This document shows, piece after piece, positions 1 through 10,829 of a stretch of DNA of 64,000 bases. The stretch spans positions 496,001 through 560,000 of the forward strand of contig JASTWF010000048.1 in the NCBI GenBank assembly GCA_030390025.1, written 5' to 3'. Below the pieces are notes generated by a model. The model was given only the letters and a program-made list of their open reading frames with translations, searched no databases and had not been told where the DNA came from. The stretch comes from Squalus acanthias (taxonomy: Eukaryota). Position numbers and translations under genes: made by a program. Every line of letters starts with the position of its first letter. The first letter of the stretch is position 1.

Positions 1-109
1 GCTTTGGGACGTCCTGGGGTCGCAAAATGCATTTACTTCATTATATGTTGTCCCTGTTCTATTCAATTATTGACGGAAATAAGAATCTAATCGATGTTCC
101 TTTCGACAG

Positions 110-403
110 GAATACTCGCCTCGTACTTGGAACAGTCGCCTTCTGCCCTATCTATTGGAGCAGGAGAGTCGACCACGCTCAGATGCACGCTGACGAATGA
201 TGCTTATTCCTATTTGTACTGGTACAGACAACAACCCGACCGGGCATTAGAAGCCCTTTTCTATTCTGCTGCAGCAGGTGCTGTTACGAAATACACGTCC
301 GAGTCCTTTAAGGCCGAAAGAAGCAGCGAAGCGCTGTTTACTTTGGAACTGAGCGACGCCTCTCCGTCTCACACCGCTGTCTATTACTGTGCTTGTAGTA
401 TCG
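110..403 (+). CDS. TRBV: TCR beta V exon (V1), apparently intact; leader lies upstream of the window
   Basis: Acceptor ttcgacAG at 108-109, phase 1. Open frame GILASYLEQSP...LRC...LYWYRQ...AVYYCACS has Cys23, Trp41 and Cys104, and a 23-RSS follows. Paralog of V10. Confidence 0.9.
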
Positions 404-442
404 CACAGCGTTTGAGAAAGCGGCTCCCCATCGACAAAAACC
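404..442 (+). other. 23-RSS of V1
   Basis: CACAGCG (404-410) + 23 bp + ACAAAAACC (434-442). Confidence 0.95.
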
Positions 443-479
443 TGCAGCGGATGAATTGGAGTTCAGTGATCATTTTCCA

Positions 480-495
480 CCAACAGGTGGCAGCA
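480..495 (+). promoter_or_regulatory. CTCF-like motif 3' of V1 RSS
   Basis: CCAACAGGTGGCAGCA resembles the CCASYAGRKGGCRS core. The paralogous site at 46472 is a full match. Confidence 0.55.
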
Positions 496-1529
496 CTAGA
501 TGGAAGTACAGTGCAAATGTTCTGCCGATAAGGTCAGAGCATCATAGAATGATCCAGTACGGAAGGGGGCCATTCGGACCATCGTGCCTGTACCAGGTCT
601 TTGAAAGAGCTATCCAATTAGTTCCACTTCCCCCTGCTCTTTCGCCATATTGCTAATTCTTTCCCTTCACGTTATTATTCAATACAATTTTTAAAGTTAT
701 TTTTGAAGCTGCATCCACCACTCTTTCAGACAATGTATTCGGCATTAAAACAACTCGCTGCATAAAGAAAAAAATCTCCTCATCTTCCCCACTGATTCGT
801 TAGCCAATTACTTTAAATCTGTGCCCTTTGTTTACCGTCCCTTCTGCCACTGGAAAGAGTTTCTCCTTATTTAGTCTCATCAAATCATTTATGATTTTGA
901 ACACCTCTGTCAAATTGTCCCTTCAGGTTCTCTGCTCTAAGGAGAACAAACCCAACTTCTCCACTCTCTGCACGTAATTTAACCTCTGCATTCCTGGTGG
1001 CAGACAAGTGAATCTCTTCTGCGCACTCTCTGAGGACTTGACATTAACTTGGCTCCATTTAGTTTATATTGCCAGGTGACAGCTCGAAATGGAACTTCAG
1101 TGTTGACGTTTCGCCACCTGGTGCCAGCTCGAGATAGATGTTCAGTGCTTATTTCCGCCACAAGTTGGCAGCACTTGTGTCATGCGCACATTGACAAAGT
1201 TGTATGGACGCTCGCGGCCTTTTTAATCGGCGCCATTGGATGGAGGGATTGAGGCAGAACAGGTTTCAACACAGAGCAAGACTCAGCTCACGTTGCACAG
1301 TATCAGCATTGGCTCAGTGGTTCGCACTTTCCTCTCTGAGTGAGAAGGCCGTGGCTTGAAGTTAAACGCCATCGGCTTGAGCCAATCATTCAGGATGACA
1401 CTTCATTGCCTGTACTAAGGCAGCATCGCACTGGCGGAAGGGCAGTACTGGAGGAGTGTTGCACGGTCGGAAGACACATCTTAAAATCATCTGCCCTCTC
1501 GGGTGAACAAAAAAGAAGAATGAAAGAAA

Positions 1530-3077
1530 GACTTGCATTTCTACTGCACTGTTCAAGACGACATCACGTCTAAAAGCGCCTTACGACCAAAGAAATACAT
1601 TTATAAGTATAGTCATTTGTAACGTAGGACACTTTGCAGACAATTTTTGCACAGCAAGCTCCCACAAACCGCAATAAGATACTGGATTAGTCAATCTTTT
1701 TAGTGATGTTGGTTGATGATATATATTGGCCCACGAAATCGGGGAGAATGCCACTGCACATCTTCCAATAGTGTCCATGGGCAGATGGGGCCTTGTTTTA
1801 CGTCTCTTTCGAAAGAAGGCACCACCGACAGTACAGCGCTCCCTCAGTACTACCCATCTGACAGTGCATGCACACTCAGTAATGCGCCTCCGACAGTGCA
1901 GCACTCCCTCACAACAGCCCCTCCGACAGTGCAGCGCTCCCTCAGTATTGCCCATCTGACAGTGCACACACACTCAATACTGCACCTCCGACAGTGCAGC
2001 GCTCCCTCAGTACTTCCCATCTGAGAGTGCACGCAAACTCAATAATGCGCCTCCGACAGTGCAACGCTCCATCAGAGCTGCCCCTCCGACAGTGCAGCGC
2101 TCCCTCTCTACTGCCCTTCTGACAGTGCAGCACTCCCTCAGTACATCCCCTGTGACAGTGCAACGCTCGCTCAGACCTGCACTTCAGACAGTTCAGCGCA
2201 CCCTCAGTACTGCCCGGCCGACAGTGCAACGCTCCCTCAGTGCTGTTCCTTCGACAGTAAAGCGATCCCTCAGAATTGCCCCTCCGACAGTGCAGCGCTC
2301 CCTCAGTACTGCTCCTCCGACAGTGAAACGCTCACTCAGTATTGCCCCTTTCACAATGCAGCACTCCCTCAGTACTGCCCCTCCGACAGTGCAGCGCTCC
2401 CTCAGTACTGCCCCTCCGACAGTACAGTGCTCCCTCAATAATGCACCTCCGACAGTGCAGCGCTCCCTCAGTCCTGCATCTCAGACAGTGCAAAGCTCCC
2501 ACAGTACTGCCCCTCCGACAGTGTAATGCTCCCTCAGTACTTCTGATGCGACACTGCAGCGCTCCCTCAGTACAGCTCGTCTGATAGTGCAGCGCTCCTG
2601 CAGTATTGCCCTTCTGACAGTGTAGCTTGTTCTCAGTACAGCCCCTCCGACTGCGCAGTGCTCCCTGACTATTGCCCCTCCGACAGTTTAGCGCTCCCTC
2701 AGTAATGCCCCTCTGACAGTGCAGCGCTCCCTCAGTACTGCCCCTCCAACACTGCAGTGATCCCTCAGTACTGCCCCTCTGCAGTGCAGCGTGCCCTCAG
2801 TACTGCCCTTCTGACAGTGCAGCGCTTCCTCAGTACTGCCCCTCCGATCGTGCAGCGCTCCCTCATACTGCCCCTCCGACAGTGCAGCGTTTCCTCAGTA
2901 CTTCCCCTCTGACAGTGCAGAGCTCCCTCAGTACTGCCACTCTGACAGTGCAGAGCTCCCTCAGTATGTTTGCGCGCAGTGTCGTCCTGAGTTATGTGTT
3001 TGTGTCTCTTGTGTGGGGCTCGAACGCCCAGCCTTCTGATTCAGTGTCAACAGCACTATCTGAGCCACGGCTGACAC
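1530..3077 (-). mobile_element. Shark DeuSINE (SacSINE1-like) with internal ~33-bp minisatellite expansion (~1826-2965)
   Basis: tRNA-like head (reverse complement of ctgagccacggctgacac) at ~3060-3077, Deu-type body, tail cttgcatttcta near 1530, and tandem ccgacagtgcagcgctccctcagtactgcccct units. Confidence 0.75.
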
Positions 3078-3086
3078 GTGACTTCA
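3077..3086 (+). promoter_or_regulatory. CRE-like TRBV promoter decamer (V2)
   Basis: CGTGACTTCA ~75 bp upstream of the leader ATG, resembling AGTGAYRTCA. Conserved at 49055-49064. Confidence 0.5.
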
Positions 3087-3160
3087 GTATATGACGCTTC
3101 AAACATAATCCGACACTCCGGCGGAGAAAGGACTATTCTGTCCTTGTACCGGAACTAAAC

Positions 3161-3209
3161 ATGTTTCGTGAAGTGTCCTATTTAATCTTGTCGATTGCTT
3201 TAATTTCAG
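3161..3209 (+). CDS. TRBV: Leader exon of V2
   Basis: MFREVSYLILSIALIS(G) followed by a phase-1 GTAAGT donor at 3210. Confidence 0.9.
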
Positions 3210-3949
3210 GTAAGTTTAAACAATGCGCCAATCTGAACGTCGGAACACAATGCATATTTAACAATAGTTTCTATGATTAGGCTGGTTTAATCCACGAAAA
3301 CATAGATTCCTACTTTTATAGGGTACAGAAGCAATGAAGTTATGCTAAACCATTATAAAACACTGGGTATGCATCAGATCAACTAATGTGTTCAGTTCTG
3401 GGCATCACACAGGCCAAGGATGTCAAGGCCTTGGAGACAATGAAATGAGATTTACCAGAATGGTACCAGGAATGAGGGAGTTCAGTTACACGGAGAGACT
3501 GGAGAAGCTTGATTTTTTCTCCTTGGAGAAGGGAAGATTAGAGGAGATTTAACAGAGGTGTTCAAAATTATAATGGGTTTCGTTAGAGTAAATAAGGAGA
3601 AAATGTTTCCACTGGCAGGAGTGTCGATAACCAGAGGACACAGAGGGAAGCTGACTGGCAAAATAACCAGTAGGGAGATGAGTAGAATTTATTTTGCACA
3701 GCGAGTTGTTTTTTGGAATGCACAGCCTGAAAGTGTGGTGGAAGGAGATTCAATAGTAAGTTTCAAACGGGAATTGTGTACATACTTAAGATGGTAAGCA
3801 TTACTGTACTATGAGGAAAGAGCTTGTTGGCAGTGGGACTAATGGATAGCTCTTTGAAAAAGCCGGTACAGGCAATATGGATAAATTGGCCTTCTTCTGT
3901 ACTATATAATTCTATCAAAACAAATCTGACTCTTTCCTCCATTTGACAG

Positions 3950-4243
3950 AAGTGTCTGCTTCGTTCGTTGACCAGTCGCCGAAAACTGTGTCTGTTGGCT
4001 CAGGAAAATCGGTCGTAATGAGATGTATCCTAAGGAACAGTAACTATCGCGACATGTACTTGTACAGACAAGGGACAAGCCGGGAACTCGTTGCTCTATT
4101 CCATTCAGCTGGGACCGACCACGTTTCAAATTACACCTCCGGACCCTTCAAAGCCCAGAGACCCAGCGACACCGAGTTTACTCTGGAACTCATCGGAGCC
4201 TCTCAGTCGGACACCGCCGTCTACTTCTGCGCTTGCACTAATG
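3950..4243 (+). CDS. TRBV: TCR beta V exon (V2), open frame but conserved Trp41 replaced by Leu
   Basis: Acceptor at 3948-3949. Frame ...MRC...DMYLYRQ (TTG at 4060-4062)...VYFCACT. Paralog V11 has TGG at this codon. Confidence 0.85.
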
Positions 4244-4282
4244 CACGGCGGGTGAAAACACCGCCTCTCTGTGACAAAAACT
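4244..4282 (+). other. 23-RSS of V2
   Basis: CACGGCG + 23 bp + ACAAAAACT (4274-4282). Confidence 0.9.
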
Positions 4283-4579
4283 CCTTGAACCAGAACCAGA
4301 GGAATGCTATGAGTTCACTCGCCAGATGGTGGCGCTGTGGCCCTTCGACACCCGCGAACACCCGGAAGTGTCCCCCCCGACCGTTCATTCATTGCACGCA
4401 GATCGGGATGTTACCCATTTGATCCACGAGATGCTAACTTCATGTAAACATTGTGAGAACCTGGACGTGTTTAGGTGGAGAAAACGCTTCTGGTCTAACG
4501 TCCAATATTTCCATTGTAGCCGAGAATTGATCGATATTTAAAAAAAAAGTTAGCTTTCATTTTGTTTGTAAAACTGCTT

Positions 4580-4960
4580 TCTTTTCTCTCTCTCTCTTGC
4601 CTTGTCTCTCTCTCTATCCATCTCTCGCTCGCTCTCGCTCTCGCTCTCTTTATCTCTGTCGTGTCTCTCTGTCTGTATCTATCTCTTTCTCTCATTATCC
4701 CTCTCTGTTTCCCTCTATCGTGTCTCTCTTCTGTCTTGCTCAGTCTGCCTCTCTCACTCACTCATTGTCTCTCTGTCGCTCTCATTTTTTCTAACTCCAT
4801 TTCTGTGTGTCTCGTCTCTCTTTCTCTCATTCTCTCTCTGTGTTTCTATCTATGTTTATCGCTGTGTCTGTCCTTCTGTCTCTCTCTGTCTGTCTCTCCC
4901 TGCCACTCCCTCGGCCTCTCTCACCCATTCTCTCACATTCTCTCCCTTTCTCTACCTCAT
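4580..4960. repeat. CT-rich low-complexity tract
   Basis: Degenerate (CT)n/(CTGT)n. Paralog at ~50025-50400. Confidence 0.85.
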
Positions 4961-5330
4961 TTCACAATTCGTTCTGAACCTCGATCTCCACACGGTAGCA
5001 GCGGTTTTATTAAGGTTTCTAGAACCTTACATAAATTAGTTTCCTTCTAAGATCTTTCAGATCAAGTCTCAGATAGGTTGCATTTGTCGTTTTCACTTTT
5101 TACTTTGAGGACATTATAATTTTATCAGTTCAATAAACCCGACGTATTATTTGACTTAACCTGTAGAGTGCATATAAGCGAGAAGTTCGCACCGCAATTT
5201 GAGGAAAGTAATTTGTTTCTTTCCTTTTCTCTCACTTCTGCTCCTGCCTCAATCCCTTTCATACTCCCTGCCATCACCTATTGTACTCTCACGATTGATC
5301 TGCCTTAATGTTTTTTAAATACTCTTTCAG

Positions 5331-5630
5331 ATTTTCGTTCCCAACGACTGTTCATCCAGAGCCCGTCGGCCACCGTCCAGGTTCTAGGGGAGGAAGCCGT
5401 GTTCTACTGCGGAATCGGGCAGGGCAAGATGAGTAACTATTGTTTGGCCTGGTACGTGCAGATCGGTGACCGCCTGGATTGGATCAGATCGGCTGTACTT
5501 CCTGCATCCAACAGCAGAAAAAGATACTGAAGTCTATTACGAGCCTACAAATAACACTTTCACCCTGTCCCTGAAAAACGCCCTGTTCAAGAACAGCGGA
5601 ATATATTACTGTGGGGCCGGCGAGGATGCG
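5331..5630 (+). pseudogene. TRBV: TCR V pseudogene (V3): frameshift and LINE-disrupted RSS
   Basis: After acceptor 5329-5330 the frame reads FIQSP...FYC...LAWYVQ...DWI and stops at TGA 5528-5530. The NNTFTLSL...SGIYYCGAG half is in another frame. Heptamer CACAGTA (5631-5637) runs straight into LINE sequence. No leader identified. Confidence 0.85.
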
Positions 5631-5639
5631 CACAGTATT

Positions 5640-6226
5640 CTGCGGCGAGTGTCTCACCTCCTGACTCCGCAAAGCCATGCCACCATCTACAAGGCACAAG
5701 TAAGGAGTGCGATGGAATACTCTGCACTTGCCTGAATGAGTGCAGCTCCAGCAACACGGAAAAAGCTCGACACCATCCAGGACAAAGCAGCCCGCTTGAT
5801 TGGCACAACATCCACCACCTTAAACATTCACTCCCTCCACCACCGGCGTACCGTGGCTGCAGTGTGTACCATCTACAAGATGCACTGCGCCACCTCGCCG
5901 ATGGTTCTGCTGCAGCACCTCCCAAACTCGCGACCTCTACCACCTAGAATGAGAAGGGCAGCAGGCGCATGGTTACACCACCACCTCCAAGTTCCGCTCC
6001 AAGTCACACACCATCCTGACTTAGAAGTATATCGCAGATCCTTAATCGTCGCTGGGTCAAGGTCCTGGAAATCCCTCCCGAACAACACTGTGGGAGCACC
6101 TTCACCACATAGACAGCAGCGGTTGAAGAAGGGGGCACTCCAACACCTTCTCTAGGGCAATTAGGGAGGGACAATAAATGCTGGCCTTGCCAGCGATACC
6201 CACATCCCATGAACGAATTTTAAAAA
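5640..6226 (+). mobile_element. 5'-truncated CR1/L2-group LINE 3' fragment inserted in the V3 RSS
   Basis: Encodes an ORF2 C-terminus-like peptide (TIYKAQVRSAMEYS...KKLDTIQDKAARLIG). Ends gccagcgatacccacatcccatgaacgaattttaaaaa, the same 3' end as the SINEs ending at ~26220, 37380 and 44010. Confidence 0.8.
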
Positions 6227-7722
6227 TATGTTATAGGAATTCAGGGGATCTACGCGAAAATTCTCAATCGAATAAAGTACCATTCTCCCCAACTCCTCTG
6301 TGCTCGCCGATATATTTTGGCTCCCAGCTGAGCAGCACTTCAACTTTAAAATTCTCATCCTCGTGTTCAAATCCCTCCCTTCCTTGTCTATGTAACCTTC
6401 TCCAGCCCTACAACCGTCCGAGGTCTTTGCTCTCCTCCTACTCGGACCTCTTTGGCATCCCCGATTTCCATCTCTCGACCATTGGCGGCCGCGACTTCAG
6501 CTGGCTCAGTAATAATCTCTGAAATTCTCTAATCCCTAAACCTCTCCAACTCTCTCTCCTCCTTTAAGACACTCCTTAAATCCTACATATACGACCAAGA
6601 TTTACTTCACCTGTTCTAATCTATCCTTATGTGTTTCGCTGTCAGATTTTGTTTGATAACTGTGCAGTTGGTTGTGTTATTTGGATTTACTACATTAAAG
6701 GCGCTATATAAATGCCAATTGTTTTGTTGTAAAGTCATCTCTGCATGCGTCAATAGGAAAGCACAATAACCAGTAAAATTACTGAGCAAGTCTGTCTTCT
6801 CAATGCTGATTACTCGAGAGTTGTTCTGTGATTGATTGATAGCCATCCACACTGAAGTTTACAATCAAAATAATTCGCCCCATCAGTCCATCTGGATTAG
6901 CATGCATTTCTCTCGGAATTAGAACCAACAAACTTATAATTTACTGCAGATTCTTCCATTTTCTATCTATATTCTTGCCTATTTCAATGCGATTGACACC
7001 GTGTACGTTCCTACTAACTGATCTATTAGTCTTAAGTATCACCACTGCAGAAAAGTGAGCGGAATATCCTAGAAATTCAGCAGTTCTTCTCCCGATCACC
7101 CACCCTTTCTCTAGGAAAGGGGCTTCCTGTTAAATCAAAGAATCAGATTAATCCTAAATATATCGGTTCCCATGCCAGTAATAAAACAACTTGTTGTTTT
7201 TATTAATGGCGACAGAAAGTAGAAGCAAGTCTAGACGTCTATGCACTTACAAGTAGGCTATCCATAGGGAACTACGAACTCCCAACCAATCCAGGGGCGT
7301 TCTCAGCACAGAATACCAAAGTATTGATGAAAACAATACAGATTTATGCACCTTAAAGACAAATGCGAAGCAGTCAGATTACTTGTCCTGAACCTATCAA
7401 TTTCGCGATTACTGTCATGTGATCCTTAAGTTTCATATGCTATCACGTCAGTAGATGGCGATGTTGCACCACATCTATTCCAGTCTCACTGGATATTCAA
7501 TAAATGATCAGTTAATTTAGCCAGATGCTATACATATCAAATTTGACCAGGTAACTAACAATTGAAATATAAACAGGCTCTCTCCAAACTAGGCTATATT
7601 TCTTTACACAAATACATTGATTCTTCTTTAGTGACATAAACGGATGCCTGCTGCTTGCTTAGCTTTGGACTGTGGAATCCTAAAGTCCTAATCTAATCCA
7701 TCTGTTAGCCTCTATCACACAG

Positions 7723-8273
7723 TAATTAGGAAAGCTAATAGAATGTTATCGTTTATTGCCAGTGTAATTGAGTACAAAATTAGGGCGGTTATGCTGCAGT
7801 TATACAGGGCATTGGTGAGACCACATTGGAGTACTGAGTACAAGATTGGTCTCCTTATTTAAGAAAGGATGTAAATGCGCTGGAAACAGTTCAGAAAAGG
7901 TTTACTGCATTAATACTTGGAATGGGCGGGTTGTTTTATGAGGAAAGGTTGAAAGGCTAGGCTTCTATCCGCTGGAGTTTAGAAGAGCAAGAGGTGACTT
8001 GATTGAAACATATAAGATCCTGAGTGGTCTGGACAGGGTGGATGTGTAGAGGATGTTTCCTCTTGTGGGAGAATCTAGAACTAGGGGTCACTGTTTAAAA
8101 ATAAGGGGTCGTCCACTTAAGACAGAGATGAGAAGAATTTTTTTTGGAACTATCTTCCTCAGAGGGCGGTGGAAGCAGAGTATTTAAATATTTTTAAGGC
8201 AGAGGGAGATAGATTCTTGTTCAGCAAAGGGGTGAAAAGTTATCGAGGGTAGGCGGGAATGTGGAGTAATCGA
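7723..8273 (+). mobile_element. CR1 LINE 3' fragment
   Basis: Degenerate LYRALVRPHLEY...GLYPLEFRR coding segment. Paralog at ~53728-54390. Confidence 0.8.
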
Positions 8274-8366
8274 ATCACCTGACGAAGGAGCAGCGCTCCG
8301 AATGCTTGTGATTTCAAATAAAGCTGTTGGGGTATAACCTGGTGTTGTGCGACTTCTCACATTTGT
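8272..8366 (+). mobile_element. Short Penelope-type terminal fragment with a minimal hammerhead-like motif
   Basis: atcacCTGACGAaggagc-agc-gctccGAATgcttgtgat...aataaa...ctggtgttgtg. Absent from the paralogous copy. Confidence 0.6.
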
Positions 8367-8416
8367 TCACATTCTGTACGACAGATACAACTTGAACGTG
8401 GCTGCGTCGTCTGGGA

Positions 8417-8433
8417 AAGGATGTCACTTCCGG
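8417..8433 (+). promoter_or_regulatory. CRE-like decamer plus Ets site, V4 promoter
   Basis: AAGGATGTCA overlapping ACTTCCGG ~110 bp before the leader ATG. The paralog is AATGATGTCACTTCCGG at 58500-58516. Confidence 0.6.
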
Positions 8434-8540
8434 GGGCTCGGTTTCGGGTCGTACCTGGACTGCCGGTCAGTCAGAATCGGAGGCACTCGGTGTGAGAACA
8501 CGTTCATTGCAGCAATCAACCCGTCCACTTCGATCCAATT

Positions 8541-8586
8541 ATGCAAATAGATTTAATTTTATTTATTTTTCTACTTTTCCTGCCGG
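8541..8586 (+). CDS. TRBV: Leader exon of V4
   Basis: MQIDLILFIFLLFLP(G) followed by a GTAAGT donor at 8587. Confidence 0.9.
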
Positions 8587-9386
8587 GTAAGTATACTGCA
8601 TTCAAATAAGATTCTTTTTAGAGCGATGTATTCCATTAGACAGTAGATTTCACTAAACTGGCAGCGATTGATGTGCGGCTGAATGGGTGCAAACTCGTCT
8701 TAGGCTTTACCGCATTAACGGAGTTGAATATCAGACGCAAAGCGAATAACGCGTGGCCCATAGATTAGCACCCGTTTTGCGCTACCGCCCGTCGAATTTC
8801 TAACCCACTGTTTAATATTCACTTGGTTAAGTTATAAATTGGGGATCAATTGTTTATTTAGGAACAATATAGAAACAGGTTCACTGGAAATCGAGGGATT
8901 GCCACACCAGGAACCAATGCAGGTCAGCGAGTCTGTGCTGCAGGGGTGATAGGCGAGCGGGACTTATTGTGAAATAGGATAATAATGACATATGATGTTT
9001 TTGCGAAATACAACACATGCAACTGACTTACTCTAGTCGCGGACCTGCTCCATTTTACAAGCAAATTCGGGCATCGATTTAAGATAATTGACAAAAGAAC
9101 CAGAGGGGACATGAGGAGAAATTGCTTTTTTTTCATCCCAGCGAGTTATGATGACCTGGTATCCACTGCCTGTAAGGCCAATGGCAGTAGTTTGAACAGT
9201 CACTTTCGAAAGGGAATTTGTTCAAGACCTGAAAGGGAGAACGTTGCAGGGCTAAGGGGAAAGAGCAGGTGAGTGGGATTAATTGGAGAGCTTTACAAAA
9301 AGATCCGACACAGACACTATAGTCCGAATGGCCTCATTCTGTGCTTTCGGATTTAATTAATTCTCTTAATTTGTTTTGTTTTTTAG

Positions 9387-9690
9387 ATTTAACACACGGA
9401 TTGAGGCCTCTTCAAAGTCCACTCACGCTGGTGATTGAAGAAGACAAACTTACAACCATAAGTTGCTATGAACAGGATTCGACACCTCAATCCATGCTCT
9501 GGTACCGCCAATCGGCTGGCCAGGGTCTCACGTTGATCGGATACATTCAAGTCGGTGGAACGGTTCGTTATGAAGAGAAGGATGAAACCCGTTTTGAAAT
9601 TTCAGGAAACGGCATTAGAAACTCCAATTTGAAGCTTCCCAGGTCCGCACCTGCAGACACGGCGGTCTATTACTGTGCGACGAGTAAACG
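9387..9690 (+). CDS. TRBV: TCR beta V exon (V4), apparently functional
   Basis: Polypyrimidine tract and AG at 9385-9386. Open frame PLQSP...ISCYEQ...MLWYRQSAGQGLTLIGY...DTAVYYCATS. Confidence 0.92.
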
Positions 9691-9729
9691 CACAGTGTTG
9701 CAGACTGATTGAGCGCCCTGTCAAAAACC
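9691..9729 (+). other. 23-RSS of V4
   Basis: CACAGTG + 23 bp + TCAAAAACC. Confidence 0.95.
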
Positions 9730-9762
9730 CAGCAGGCTCGAAGCATGAAGAAGGAACGAAAG

Positions 9763-10712
9763 AACTTGCATTTCTATCGCGTCTTTTACGACCTCAGGGC
9801 TTCATGAAGCGCTTCCCAGAAAATGAAGCACCTTTTTTAAACTGTGGTCGCTGTTGTAATCTGAGGAAACGGGGCCGCCAATTTTCCCACAGGAAGATCC
9901 CCACAAACAGCAATGAGGCCATGACCAGATATTCTGTTGTTTTATGGATGTTTCATTGTCACGAGGAAAAACTCAGCTGCTGTTCTTCCAATACTGTCCG
10001 TTGGATGTTTTACATCCACCTGAGAGAGAAGACGAGGCCTCGGTTTAACATCACATGCAAAATGACACCTCTGACAGTGCAGCGCTCACTCAGTGCTGCC
10101 AGTCCTACAGTGCAGCCCTCCCTCAGTATTGCCCCTCTGAGAGTGCAGCGCTCCCTCAGTACTGCCTCTCCGACAGTGCAGCCGTCCCTCAGTATTCTCC
10201 CTCCGGCAGTGCGGTGCACACTCATTGCTACCTCTCTGATAGTGCAGCACTCCCTCAGTACTACATTTCTGTCAGTGCAGCGCTCCCTCAGTACTGCCTC
10301 TCCGACAGTGCGTTACTCCCTCAGTATTGCCCCTCTGAAAGTGCAGTACTCTCTCAGTACTCCATTCCGAACAGTGCATCACTCCCTCAGTAATACATCT
10401 CCGACAGTGCAGCGCTCCCTCAGTACTACATCTCTGACATTGCAGCCCTCCGTCAGTACTGCCCCTCCGAAAGTGCAGCGTTCCCTCAGCACTGCTCCTC
10501 CGACAGTGCCGCGCTCCCTCAGTACTACCTCTCCGACAGTACTGCGCTCCCTCAGTACTACCTTTCCGACAGTGCAGCGCTCCCTCATTACTGCCCCTCC
10601 GACAGTGCGAAACTGTCAGCCGAATTTATTCGTTCACTTCTCTGGAGCAGGGCTCGAACCCACAAACTTCTTTCTCAGAGGTGAGTGCGCGATCCACTCG
10701 GCCACAAGTTAA
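9763..10712 (-). mobile_element. SacSINE1-like SINE with 33-bp minisatellite (~10070-10605)
   Basis: Same tail, body and head arrangement and same repeat unit as 1530-3077. Confidence 0.75.
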
Positions 10713-10829
10713 TGCGAAAAATTTATGGAAATTTTAGAGCGAGAACCCGGATTGCAGTTTACATAAATCTCATATTCACTACTGTCTTTTAGATAAATAA
10801 ACCTGCATCTCCAAACAACAACAGCAACA

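Noticed and set aside
1300-1380. tRNA-like A/B-box sequence (tggctcagtgg...)
   Set aside because: It is the head of a tRNA-derived SINE and continues into the SINE body, with no complete cloverleaf.
1826-2965. Long ORFs with TVQRSLSTAPP / GSTEGALHCRR repeats (also 9675-10712, 14113-14772, 48034-48780)
   Set aside because: These are translations of the 33-bp minisatellite, open in several frames on both strands, and are not genes.
4562-5050. Hydrophobic Leu/Ser-rich ORFs (also 21190-21684, 50009-50474)
   Set aside because: Translations of CT- or GA-rich low-complexity tracts.
8541-8548. Ig octamer ATGCAAAT (also 58625)
   Set aside because: It is the leader start itself (Met-Gln-Ile) and lies downstream of the promoter motifs, so it is most likely coincidental.
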